Program-made: the position numbers and the translations under genes
In this document: positions 11,083 through 26,069 of the stretch, piece after piece
How the letters are laid out: each line of letters opens with the position of its first letter
Numbering within the stretch: position 1 is the first letter of the stretch
Notes under the pieces: model-generated
What the model was told of the DNA's origin: nothing
Databases searched by the model: none
The model's input: the letters and a program-made list of their open reading frames with translations, nothing else
NCBI GenBank assembly: GCA_963777505.1
Contig: CAVZQN010000008.1
Location: 416,001-480,000, forward strand
DNA length: 64,000 bases
Source of the DNA: an uncultured bacterium
GTDB taxonomy: Bacteria > Acidobacteriota > HRBIN11 > JAKEFK01
Direction of reading: 5' to 3'

Positions 11083-13366
11083 TCAAGGTTGCATCAAGTC
11101 GTCGCCGGTCGTCTTCTGTAAGAGATGGATTTGTCTGCGCACTTTGTCAGCATCGTTCGCATCGGGTGCCATTGAAAGATAGAGCTGATAGTTCTGGATT
11201 GCTTGCTTCGTGTCGCCTCCCTTGTGATATGAAGCGCCGATGTTGTACAGAAACTGCGGAAATGGTTTTTGTTCGTAGGCTTCGGCAAAGGCGCTCGCAG
11301 CTTCATTGAAGCGGCCTGCATTGTAAGCAGTTTGCCCGCGGTCAAACGCCGATTGGGCGGCTTTCAACGCATCTTCACGCAACTTGGTGATATGTGTCCG
11401 GACCTTCGCGGCATCCGGAGCATCCGGAGTTTCCTTAAGATACGCCTCGTACCTTTGCGCGGCGAGTTCGCGTTTGCCCATTTTATCAAGAGCAGCCGCC
11501 TGGTTGTAACGCAAAGCTCCCAACGGATTCTGCTGATAGGCGCCTTCAAATGCTTGCAATGCGTCTCCATATTTACCCGCGTTGTAGTGATCGTTGCCTT
11601 GCGCAAACAATTTTTCTGATTCGGCGACACCGGTTATTGTCGCTTCGCGACCACCCATGTGGGCACGAGCGCGTTTCTGCGCCTCGCGCGCTTCATCCGC
11701 GCGCGGAGCGTTTGGATCAGACAAATAAGTTTGATACGTGAGATCGGCTTCTGCATAACGTCCACCATCAAGCAACGCCGCCGCTTTGTTCAGAATAAAT
11801 TTCGAGTCAGGATATGTCCGAAATCCTTCCTCAAAAGCGCTGACTGCTTCGTTATATTTGTGTGCAGACAGCAGCCGATTTCCGCGCAACATCCACTCCT
11901 GACCGCCTTCACGTCCGCTAGCAGTAATCGGCGCCTTATCAGCTTCGGTACGCAACTTCTCAGCGCGGCTGTTAACCTTCTGAGCATCCGCTGCACTTGG
12001 CTTTTCCTTAGCATATTGACTGTAGCGCTCGGCCGCCGCGTAAGGGCGCCCCAGTTTTTCTAGCGACGCACCCATGTTGTATTTGAACTCAGGAAGCGGA
12101 TTGAGCTCATAAGCTTTTTCAAACGCATCCAGCGCTTCCTGGTATCGTCCTGCCTTATAGGCTAACGCTCCCTTATCGTACTCATTCCGTGATTCTTCTT
12201 TGGCAACGCCTACTTTCGCACGCTCCATCGCAGCTCGCGCTTCATCGGCACGCGGAGCATTTGGATCGGAGAGATAACGCTCATATTCCCTCACCGCCTC
12301 GGAATATCTGCCACCGTCGAGCAAGGCCGCTGCTTTATTCAGCATAAACTTCTCAGATGGAAACGTCTTGAATCCTTCATCGTATGCCTTGACCGCCTCA
12401 TTGTAACGATGTGCATGCAGATGCCGGTTCCCACGCGCCATCCATTCCTGGCCGCCTTCACGTCCAGTGGCGGTGATCGGTGCCTTATCAGCAGCCTCGC
12501 GCATTTTATTCATGCGATCTTTGACCTGAACCGCGTCTTTCGCAGTTGGCTTTTCTTTGAGATATTCCTGCAAACGGTCGGCCGCCGCATACGGACGACC
12601 TAATTTTTCTAGAGCTGACGCCTGATTAAATTTGAACTCGGCAAGGGGGTTGAGCTCGTAAGCCTTATCAAAAGCGTCCAGCGCTTCCTGATATTTTCCC
12701 GCCTTGTACGCTTCAGCACCTTTATCGAACTCAGTACGTGACTCGGCTACACCAGTAGCAGTCGCTTCGCGTCCACCCATCGCGGCTTTCGCGCGCTCCA
12801 TCGCTGCCTTTGCCTCATCGGCACGCGGAGCGTCCGGATCGGAGAGGTATCGTTCGTATGCCTGCACCGCCTCCGAATGACGGCCAGCATCTAATAAAGC
12901 AGAAGCCTTGTTGAGAAGGAAAGAATTATGAGGATATGTGCGGAAGCCTATCATCGTAGGCTTCAATAGCTTCGTTATAGCGATGCTCCTTAAGCATCTT
13001 GTTGCCGTGATCCATCCACACCTGCGCTTCTTTTCGAGCTTTCTCGAGACCTGGATCGGCAGACTTCGTGACAGTCGCTGTTCCACCGCCGATGTTAGGA
13101 GGTGCCGCGAATTGGGTACCATTCCTTCCGAGTTGTTCAGAGAGCTGCTGCTGAAGAAATATTTCGCCTGTTTTCATTGAGGCTTTCGCTTCGGTCCCGG
13201 CCTGCTTCATTGCCTGAACTGTATTAGAGTCAGCCTGGGTATTTCCCGCAGTTGCGTTTCCTTCTTGTTCTCCGCTCTTCTGGGTCTTATCCGCAGTGAT
13301 CTCGATTTGATCATCTGTCCGGACAGTTGGTCCTTGTGACATCGGGGGCATCGTATCCGTTCTCAT
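11083..13366 (-). CDS. Large TPR protein with tandem internal repeats, frameshift near 12950
   Basis: ORF 12926-13366 (GAGG RBS) joins ORF 11083-13122. Repeated LNKAAALLDGGRY...PNAPRADEA and AGxYxxALxAFExAY..NP units. Confidence 0.8.
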
Positions 13367-13639
13367 ATTCGTACCTCTATTTTTTTATGTGTTCTGGGAC
13401 GGTGGTTCTGACATTATCTCGGCGATGGAAAGGCAGCTCCTAGATGATGTCACTTAATAATGACGGAGCAGCAGACGAGTGCACGGAAAAATTTCGGGAT
13501 TTCTCCGACTCCGTAATGCCGTAGAGATCTCCACTATTCCGTGTGCCCTTTTCTATAACGTTCGCAGTACTTAACTCGTAATCAGCATAACTCACTGCCA
13601 TAAAACAACTTAGCTGTTTAGCTAAATACGATTGAATGT

Positions 13640-13655
13640 TGGCACTCTGCTTGCT
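13640..13655 (+). promoter_or_regulatory. Sigma-54 (-24/-12) promoter of the aspA-ansB-porin operon
   Basis: TGGCAC-TCTGC-TTGCT is an exact TGGCAC-N5-TTGC(A/T) match about 105 nt before the aspA ATG. An IHF-like AT-rich tract lies near 13600 and imperfect palindromes at 13484-13535. Confidence 0.8.
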
Positions 13656-13761
13656 GTTGTAAGTCTTCGATGATCCTGATGAGTCCCAAAATCGCTCCGC
13701 GCACGTCGGAGTGATGGGATGCAATACTGCTTCATATGGGATTAAACGAAAGGAGGCTTTA

Positions 13762-15239
13762 ATGAAAAAGCTTAGCATTATATTCATACTAATAGTGTCG
13801 ATGACACTCAGCGTTTCTGCTCAGAGTCAAACCCGAACGGAAAAAGATCTACTTGGGGAAAAACAGATTCCGGCAGAAGCCTATTACGGCGTGCAAACAG
13901 CGCGCGCTCTGGAGAATTTCCAGATCTCAGGAATACCGATCAATCATTATCCTGGATTCGTGGAAGCCTGGGCGATCGTAAAGCTTGCTGCTGCGCGTGC
14001 CAACCATGATGTCGGCGCGCTGAAAAAAGAGAAGCTGGATGCAATCGAAAAAGCCTGCAATGCACTCATGAAGGATAAGAAGTATCACGATCAATTTCAG
14101 GTCGACTTCTATCAAGGTGGAGCAGGTACATCCACAAATATGAACGCAAACGAAGTTCTCGCAAATGTTGCTCTAGAACTCAGCGGCCATAAAAAAGGCG
14201 AATACCACCATGTCGAACCACATGATGATCTGAACATGTCGCAGTCGACCAACGATTCTTACCCTACTGCTTTGAAGGTCGCTTTTATTCTACGCAACGA
14301 CAAATTGATCGGAGAGCTGGAAAAAACTGCAGCATCTTTCCGGGCAAAGGGTAACGCGTTTTTAAAGATTGTAAAGATGGGCCGGACAGAGATGCAAGAC
14401 GCTGTGCCCATGACAGTCGGACAGGAATTCCACGCTTTTGCTGCCTCGCTTGAAAGCGAAATCCAACTGTTGCGCGATGCAGAGAAGTACCTCTACGCAG
14501 TCAACATGGGAGGAACAGCGATCGGCACAGGCTTGAATGCTCCTAAAGGATATGCCGAAAAATGCGCCGCTCATCTTGCAAAGATAACTGGAAAGCCGAT
14601 TGTTCCTGCAAAAGATATGCTGGCAGCAACGTGGGATCAGCAAGGCTTTGTCGTTTATTCTGCTGCTCTTAAAAGCGTTGCGATAAAGCTTTCCAAAATT
14701 GCAGGCGATTTAATTCTTCTTGCAGCAGGACCCCGCGCAGGTCTTTTCGAAATCAATCTTCCAGCAATGCAACCTGGCTCTTCAATCATGCCGGGCAAGG
14801 TAAACCCCGTAATTCCTGAGCTTGTCAATTTAGTTGCATTCCGAGTGATGGGAAACGACTACACAGTGAATCTTGCTGCGCATTCTGGCCAACTTCAGTT
14901 GAATGCTTACGAACCCATCGAAGGTCTTGCGATTATGGAATCGCAGCATTTGCTCTTTACAACATCTTCGACTTTCCGAACAAAGTGCATCGATGGAATT
15001 ACTGTGAATGAAGATGTGTTGCAAGACTATCTCGAAAAAACAATTGGCATTGTCACAGCTTTAAATCCTGTGATCGGATATGAGAAAGCGACAGAATTAG
15101 CGAAAGAAGCTTTCGACACAAAAAAGGCATTTTGCAACTCATTCGTGAAAAGAAAGTTTTAACAGAAGATCAAATCCGAGACTTGCTGGATCCAGTCAAA
15201 TTGACCGGTCTTGATCCCGCTCAGTATCAGCAGAAGTAA
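13762..15239 (+). CDS. aspA: Aspartate ammonia-lyase with an N-terminal Sec signal peptide; poly-A frameshift near 15125
   Basis: RTEKDLLG, YYGVQT, GGAGTSTNMNANEV, KMGRTEMQDAVP and GSSIMPGKVNP. AGGAGG RBS before ATG 13762. The rebuilt C-terminus is GILQLIREKKVLTEDQIRDLLDPVKLTG. Confidence 0.9.
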
Positions 15240-15250
15240 GGGAGACACTT

Positions 15251-16315
15251 ATGAAACTCATCAAATCACTTGTAACTTTTTGTGTTGTTCTATTATTTGC
15301 AGCCAGCCTGCAAGCTCAAGGTGCGAAGAAACCTCGCGTTGTAATCGTTGCTACGGGCGGAACGATCGCAGGATCAGCCGCGACTGCGACTGAAGCCGGC
15401 TATCAATCAGGAGCAGTTGGTGTCGATATTCTGATTGCAGCCGTTCCCCAACTGAAAGAAATCGCAGATGTGAAGGGAGAACAGGTTGCCAGCATTGGCA
15501 GTCAGGACATGAATGATGAAGTGTGGATCAAGCTAGCCAACAAAGTTAATGAATTGCTTGCCCAGCCTGACGTTGCCGGCGTAGCGATCACACATGGTAC
15601 GGACACACTGGAAGAGACTTCGTATTTTTTGAGCCTTGTTGTGAAAAGCGATAAGCCAGTTGTGATGACCGGATCGATGCGGCCTTCAACAGCCATGAGC
15701 GCAGATGGTCCGTTGAATATTTACAATGCAGTGGCAATCGCAGCAGATCCAACAGCGCGCGGACGTGGTGTCCTGGTAGCAATCGATGACGATATCCACT
15801 CCGCTCATGACGTGATCAAAACTCACACAACCGATGTTGCAACATTCACTTCCAATGAAGCGGGACTCGTTGGAGCAGAACTCTTTGGAAAGACGATCTG
15901 GTATCGCGCACCGCGTCAGGTCCATACCAGTAAGAGTGACCTTGCGCTTGTTGCAGGCAAAGGACTCCCGCGCGTAGATATCATTTATGCTCACGCAAGT
16001 ATGTCTCCGGACATGATTGATGCCGCAGTTCAAAACGGAGCAAAAGGAATCGTGATTGCCGGTGTAGGAGATGGAAATATGACAGCGCCTGCTATCGAAG
16101 CCGTCAAACGCGCAGTGAAAAAAGGCGTCGTCGTAGTCCGTTCTTCCCGTACAAACGGAGGGATCATCCGCCGAAACATCGAAGTAAATGATGATGAACT
16201 TGGCACGGTTGCATCCATGGAGTTGAATCCTGCAAAGTCCAGACCGTTGCTCCAGCTTGCTTTGTTGAAAACGTCCGACGTTAAGAAAATTCAGGATTAC
16301 TTCGACCGCTACTAA
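15251..16315 (+). CDS. ansB: Periplasmic type II L-asparaginase
   Basis: Signal peptide, ATGGTIAG, HGTDTLEET, GSMRP and ADGPLN. Confidence 0.92.
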   Translation: MKLIKSLVTFCVVLLFAASLQAQGAKKPRVVIVATGGTIAGSAATATEAGYQSGAVGVDILIAAVPQLKEIADVKGEQVASIGSQDMNDEVWIKLANKVNELLAQPDVAGVAITHGTDTLEETSYFLSLVVKSDKPVVMTGSMRPSTAMSADGPLNIYNAVAIAADPTARGRGVLVAIDDDIHSAHDVIKTHTTDVATFTSNEAGLVGAELFGKTIWYRAPRQVHTSKSDLALVAGKGLPRVDIIYAHASMSPDMIDAAVQNGAKGIVIAGVGDGNMTAPAIEAVKRAVKKGVVVVRSSRTNGGIIRRNIEVNDDELGTVASMELNPAKSRPLLQLALLKTSDVKKIQDYFDRY

Positions 16316-16324
16316 TTTATTAGC

Positions 16325-16393
16325 TCAACGCAGAGGACGTGGAGAGCGCAGAGTTTCATAAATTGATTCAAATTGCTGCGCTCTCCGCGTTGA
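16325..16393. repeat. REP-like intergenic hairpin
   Basis: TCAACGC...GGAGAGCGCAG pairs with CTGCGCTCTCCGCGTTGA between ansB and the porin gene. Confidence 0.55.
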
Positions 16394-16411
16394 ATCAATC
16401 AAGGAATTTTT

Positions 16412-17737
16412 ATGCTCAAAGAATGTCCGAAAAGAACTATTGCTGTGATCCCTTGCGTCTGGTTGGCAATTCTATTCCTGTGGCTTTCGCCACCCCAGTT
16501 GTGCGCCCAGACAGATACTGCTCCCCACATCATAGAAGAAGAATCAGATACTGTTCCTGATGGCACAGAAGGAGAAGTGCTCGTAAAAAAAGGTGCGCCT
16601 AAAAAGCCATGGAATGAATTTGATCTCGGCTTTACTACGTTCAAATTTGGTGCAGGTTTTCTGTATGAATACGGATGGTTCTAACAGGATGAAGAGGGTG
16701 AACAGCAGGCAGAAGAGGGTGGATATAGACTGGATCCTACGGACAAAATTCGTGATTTTCGCATACTTTTCAGCGGACAGATTCCAACCGACAGAACAAT
16801 GACCTGGAAAACGGGGATCATGTATGACGCTCCATCCGGTCAATGGTTTGTGCGCGAGACCGGCGTAATGATCGGCGTTCCTGAATTGTGGGGACATTTA
16901 TTTATCGGCCGCACAAAAGAAGGAGTGTCCTTGAACAAAGTAATTAACGGATACGCCGGCTGGACGATGGAAAGACAAATGGCACTGGATGTGTTCCCCA
17001 TTCTTGCTGATGGAGTCAAATGGATGGGGTATCTACCCAAGAAGCGGTTTTTGTGGAATGCAGGAGCCTATGGCGATGCTCTATCAAAAGGACAGTCCTT
17101 CTCCACCTTTAAATGGCAATTAGCGACCCGCCTTGTCTGGCTCCCTATCTACGCAAAGGAAGAAGAAACGCTTTTGCATCTTGGCACAAGCATTCGTTAT
17201 GGCAAGCCAGTGGATGGCAAGATCAGGCTACGCTCTCGTCCTGAGGCTAACACTGCTCCTTACTTCATCGATACCGGAACTTTTGCTAGCGACCAGTCGA
17301 CCAGCTTGGGGTTTGAGGCATATTACACCAAGGAATCGCTAATGATCGGCTCGGAATTCTATTTGCATAATTTTAGTTCAGACGAGAAAGATGATCCGCT
17401 GTTCCATGGCGGAGACGTAGTTGTCAGCTACATTCTTACTGGTGAATCACGCCCTTATTCAACCGTTAGCGGAATATATGGCTTTGTTCCAGTAGCCAAA
17501 CCTGTTTGGAAGGGAGGACCAGGAGCCATTGAAGCGCTGGTTCGAGTTTCTAACTTAGATCTCGATGGTGGCACGATCAATGGTGGAAAATTCTGGAGGA
17601 TCACACCAATGGTCAATTGGTATCTTTCTTCATATGTTCGATGGGAATTTGCATACGGATATGGAACTCTGGACCGATACAATTTAAAAGGGTCAACTCA
17701 CTTTTTCCAAAGCAGAATTCAATTGAGCGTGTTGTGA
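16412..17737 (+). CDS. OprO/OprP-family outer-membrane porin, one in-frame TAA at 16682-16684
   Basis: ORFs 16412-16684 and 16799-17737 are in the same frame and the read-through is porin-like (IRDFRILFSGQ). Also IGRTKEG, MERQ, RLRSRPE, YILTGESRPY, VNWYL and a terminal SRIQLSVL. Confidence 0.8.
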
Positions 17738-17744
17738 TGCATCC

Positions 17745-17836
17745 CAAATTGGAGATTAGAAATTGCGAATGAGCTCAATTCGGCATTCGGAAATCGATTG
17801 TTCGTTAATCGGACTTCAAGCGCTAAAGCAAACTTG
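17745..17836 (+). repeat. GAGCTC-core intergenic repeat, copy A
   Basis: About 92 bp, roughly 11 differences (counted by eye) from 42000-42092. Confidence 0.85.
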
Positions 17837-17845
17837 GCTGCGCCT

Positions 17846-18130
17846 TTGAAACATTGGTTTCTATTCGTTTCGATTTTGATGATTCCATTCTGGGTGAATG
17901 CTCAAAGTCAAACTGAGAGTACTCCGGAACCTCCGGATGATACTAATCCCACGAAAGCTGATCACATAATTCTGAATCGTAACAGCATTCTGAAGCCCAA
18001 AGGCATTATTCTACGATGGGATGTTCCGTTGGCTACGACTCATTTTCAAGAGCGGACGGAAACCGGGCTTGGAGATATTTATTTTCAGCGTTTGCTATTT
18101 CTGCATTTAAGAAAAAGCTTCGTTGTTGGT
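17846..18130 (+). pseudogene. Remnant of an exported or outer-membrane protein, in frame with DUF2252
   Basis: LKHWFLFVSILMIPFWVNA is a signal peptide, followed by DDTNPTK...LRWDVPL...GLGDIY fragments. Confidence 0.45.
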
Positions 18131-18151
18131 GCAGAGAAAAGGAAAATCTAT

Positions 18152-19690
18152 ATGAGTGAGAATGGAAAATTAGTGCGAAAGAAAAAAAATAAGAATACAA
18201 AACAAAAGTCTTCTGAGAAAACGAATGGCCGACGCGGAATTCCGGGATTGGATGAGCAGCAGCGGCAAGTAATCGCTAAGATGGAGTCATCTAGCGAGTA
18301 CTTTCTCGGCTCGTTTTCGAGTTACAACCCGCTTCAAAGTCATGAATCATTGGAGAGCCGGTACTCAGCCGGAAAGGCGCTGCGCAACGAAGTTCCACGG
18401 GAAAGTCATGCTGAGTGGAATCCTCCGAAGAACCGGCCCTCTGGCGCTGATTTTGTAATCGCCGGTAACGCCGGCCGCCAGCAAAATTTCGTGCCCTTAC
18501 GTATGGGACGCATGGCTGCTTCACCTTTTGCTTTCTTGCGTGGCGCAGCATCTGTCATGGCGTGGGATTTCTCTCACACTCCTATAACAGGAATTCAAGT
18601 CATCATGGATGGAGATGCTCATATTAACAATTTCGGACTTTATGGAACACCGCAGCGCGATGTGGTCATTGACTTGAACGATTTCGATGAGGCGCTACCC
18701 GGTCCGTGGGAATGGGACCTCAAGCGGCTTGTAGCGAGTGTGAATGTCGCCGGACGCGAAAATGGCTTCAGTAAACGTGAACGCCGGGGAGCAGTCATGG
18801 AAAGTGTGGCTGGATATCGAGCTAATATGGAGCGCCTTCATAATATGGGAATCATGGATTTGTGGGCTCTTTACGCTTATGCAGATCGTAGGCCTACTAT
18901 GATTAAAGTTCCGAAGAAATCATGGGCCCTCATTCAGAAAACGGTTGAGAAAGCGAGAGCTACAACAAATGAAACCTTGCTGCCCAAAGTAGCTCACCGG
19001 CAGACCGATGGCGGATGGCGCTTTATGGAAGATCCGCCGATTCTCACGCGCGTGGACGATGAAACGAGAGGTAAAGTCATTGAATCGTTCAGGGAATATT
19101 TGGAAACCCTTCCACAAGGATACCGGCAGATGTTCAGACGGTATTCTGTCGCCGATGTGGCCCACCGAGTTGTCGGCGTTGGAAGCGTTGGAACGCGTGC
19201 CTATCTCGTGCTTTTGTTTGGAAACAGTAATAACGATCCGTTGTTCCTTCAGGTAAAGGAGGGTATTGTGCCGGCCCATGCGCCTTATTTGCCAGCCATC
19301 AAGTCGAAACTTCCCCCGCATCAGGGACTACGTGTTGTGGGAACCCAACGCATGTTGCAGGCGACAGGCGATCCCATGCTGGGCTACACCACCATTGATG
19401 GGCGGGAATATTTCGTCCGGCAAATGAAAAACATGAAGGCGTCAATGCCATTGGAATGGCTGACAGGCGAGCCCTTCTATTTCTGGGTTTTTCTCTGCGG
19501 AGCTTTGCTGGCAAGAGCCCATTCGCGAATGGGAGATGCGGCTAAAATAGCTGGTTATTGCGGCAAATCCCAGGTCCTGGACGAAGCACTTGCTGATTTT
19601 GCGGAAGCGTATGGTGATCAGACAGAAAAGGATCATGCTTCGTTGAAGAATGCGATCCAACAAGGTCGTATCAAGGCTGTGAACGGTTGA
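18152..19690 (+). CDS. DUF2252 family protein (kinase-like fold)
   Basis: GKALRNEVPRESH, RMAASPFAFLRGAA, GDAHINNFG, DLNDFDEA..GPWEWDLKRL, RVVGVGSVG and LARAHSR. Confidence 0.9.
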   Translation: MSENGKLVRKKKNKNTKQKSSEKTNGRRGIPGLDEQQRQVIAKMESSSEYFLGSFSSYNPLQSHESLESRYSAGKALRNEVPRESHAEWNPPKNRPSGADFVIAGNAGRQQNFVPLRMGRMAASPFAFLRGAASVMAWDFSHTPITGIQVIMDGDAHINNFGLYGTPQRDVVIDLNDFDEALPGPWEWDLKRLVASVNVAGRENGFSKRERRGAVMESVAGYRANMERLHNMGIMDLWALYAYADRRPTMIKVPKKSWALIQKTVEKARATTNETLLPKVAHRQTDGGWRFMEDPPILTRVDDETRGKVIESFREYLETLPQGYRQMFRRYSVADVAHRVVGVGSVGTRAYLVLLFGNSNNDPLFLQVKEGIVPAHAPYLPAIKSKLPPHQGLRVVGTQRMLQATGDPMLGYTTIDGREYFVRQMKNMKASMPLEWLTGEPFYFWVFLCGALLARAHSRMGDAAKIAGYCGKSQVLDEALADFAEAYGDQTEKDHASLKNAIQQGRIKAVNG

Positions 19691-20005
19691 ATAATGCTCC
19701 CTTCAGTTGATTTATAAGCCGTATCATTCGAAGAACTTCTTCTGATTGTCACTGTCTTTCTGCTGGCGGCAGCCATTCCGTCAGTGACTAGGGAGTGGAC
19801 AAAATTCGTAAGCAGCAGTAAGATGGTGTGCGATCGATCACTTCTGAAAGCATCATATTATACAGATGAGATATGGCTATATAGACGTGGGGGATGGCGC
19901 CCAATAGACGCTCATGAATACTAACCGGATACTACGGTGATAGCCAAAGGATTAAGTTGCTTGGTTTGTGATCTGGTCGTGTTGGGGTGAACTCGTTACG
20001 ACGTG

Positions 20006-21292
20006 TCACTTCGCGTCGCCTGGATGCTCTTCGCCGATGCCAAGACCTTGACGATCGGCGACTGATGCGTCCTGCTTTTCATCCGCATCTTTGAAGGATC
20101 TTTCAACCGTGCCATGCAATCGTTCCTCCCAATGTCGCAGCGCTGCATGGCGCGTGGCGGGTAGAACTTCCAAGAGGTTGTTGATCAGAGCATTCATGCG
20201 CCGCATCACCTGCACACTGCTGGCGCCGCAGTAGCGGACTTCGTCGAGGGCCAGGCGCAGAAAATCGTTCCAAGTCGGGAATGGCACGACCAGCCGGAGC
20301 GCGCCCTGGTCGTCGCGGTATTTGCCGATGTCGAGTTGGCGATGACCCAATCGGATCAGCAGGTCCTCGATCTGGTCGAGTGCTTGGACTGCGGTGGTGG
20401 GATCGTTGATAGCGGGCGAGAGCGCCTTGATGGCGATGTCCACCACCAATCGGATGGCGTACTTGGGGTCCTGTTCGAACGTGCGTTCATCGCCGATCTC
20501 AAAGGCGCTTTTCAGCCGTTGTTCATCCAGCGGCTGGCGCGCGGCGTACACACGCACCAAAGGCGACATTTCCAGAATCGTGTCCCCCACCGCTGCCGTC
20601 ACCTCGATGATGGCGCCGGCTTCCTTGGCCAGGCTCAACAACTCCTCCACGCGCACCGCCTGTATGACCTGCGGCCGGCCGATGTGGGTCAGCGTTTGTA
20701 TGGCCCGCAATGCATCAAGTTCCGCAGAGCCCGTCGTCGCCAAGTTCGGAACGGATTTCGTGGAGGGATACAGTTCCTCAATGGCCTTCCGTCCATGGTC
20801 GCCAGTGAAAATCAACATTCGGTTGACCTGTAACATCCCGAGCCGCTCGATCAGGGCGATAAACATTCCAATACTGGCCAAGAGCAACCCGAACACCAGC
20901 CAGGCACTGAGGAAAGGGACCTTGCCCGAAGCGCTCCGGTCCACCCACGCCAGCATCACGAGCGCATACAGAAACGTGGCGCTGAACACACCCAGGGAAT
21001 GGGTCACGACCGGGTCGCGCGCTACCCAAAGCACCAGCCGCGGCGAGTAGGCAGTGGCGCTGAATTGCACCATGACGAACGCCAGCGAAAACACAATGCC
21101 GGTCAGCGCAATCATGCCCGAGGAGATGGAGGAACAAATCGCCATCGCTGCCGAAGCGCTCATTGGGGACACCAGGTCCGGCAGAAAGTGATGTTCCAGG
21201 CGCGGAAAAAATATGCCTACGATCAACGTCACCAAGACATAGGCAAACGGAATGATCCAGCCCTTCAGTTGAAGTTTATGCGAAGATTTCAT
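20006..21292 (-). CDS. DUF2254 family membrane protein
   Basis: Four N-terminal TM helices, QFSATAYSPRL, ERTFEQDP and IAIKALSPAINDPTTAVQALD. Confidence 0.9.
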   Translation of the reverse strand: MKSSHKLQLKGWIIPFAYVLVTLIVGIFFPRLEHHFLPDLVSPMSASAAMAICSSISSGMIALTGIVFSLAFVMVQFSATAYSPRLVLWVARDPVVTHSLGVFSATFLYALVMLAWVDRSASGKVPFLSAWLVFGLLLASIGMFIALIERLGMLQVNRMLIFTGDHGRKAIEELYPSTKSVPNLATTGSAELDALRAIQTLTHIGRPQVIQAVRVEELLSLAKEAGAIIEVTAAVGDTILEMSPLVRVYAARQPLDEQRLKSAFEIGDERTFEQDPKYAIRLVVDIAIKALSPAINDPTTAVQALDQIEDLLIRLGHRQLDIGKYRDDQGALRLVVPFPTWNDFLRLALDEVRYCGASSVQVMRRMNALINNLLEVLPATRHAALRHWEERLHGTVERSFKDADEKQDASVADRQGLGIGEEHPGDAK

Positions 21293-21407
21293 GGGCTTGC
21301 CTTTCGATCAATTACCACAGTCCGCTCTCATCGCCAAACAAACCAGTCCCGACGGTTTGCAATAGAATATGCGTAATGCGCACGGCTGTTCAAGTCTTGG
21401 TTTCATA

Positions 21408-25865
<4,458 letters not shown>

Positions 25866-26069
25866 TTTATTGTTTCTGTGAAAATATTTTTGTTTCTGTG
25901 AAAAACGATGAGCGTGTTTCGCGCATCCCCTTTTTCATGGCGGCACGTGTCCGCTGCGTCGAGGCACGGACTCCGTAGGGTTAAAGCCGGTTTCTTTTCA
26001 GTCGTTTTCTTGTTCATGGTTTTGTTCCTTTTAGGCGATTCTTGCCCATCGAATCATTCAGGAAGTCCT

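Noticed and set aside
19700-20000. Possible att site or sRNA at the island's left edge
   Set aside because: I found no matching repeat at the right edge by eye.
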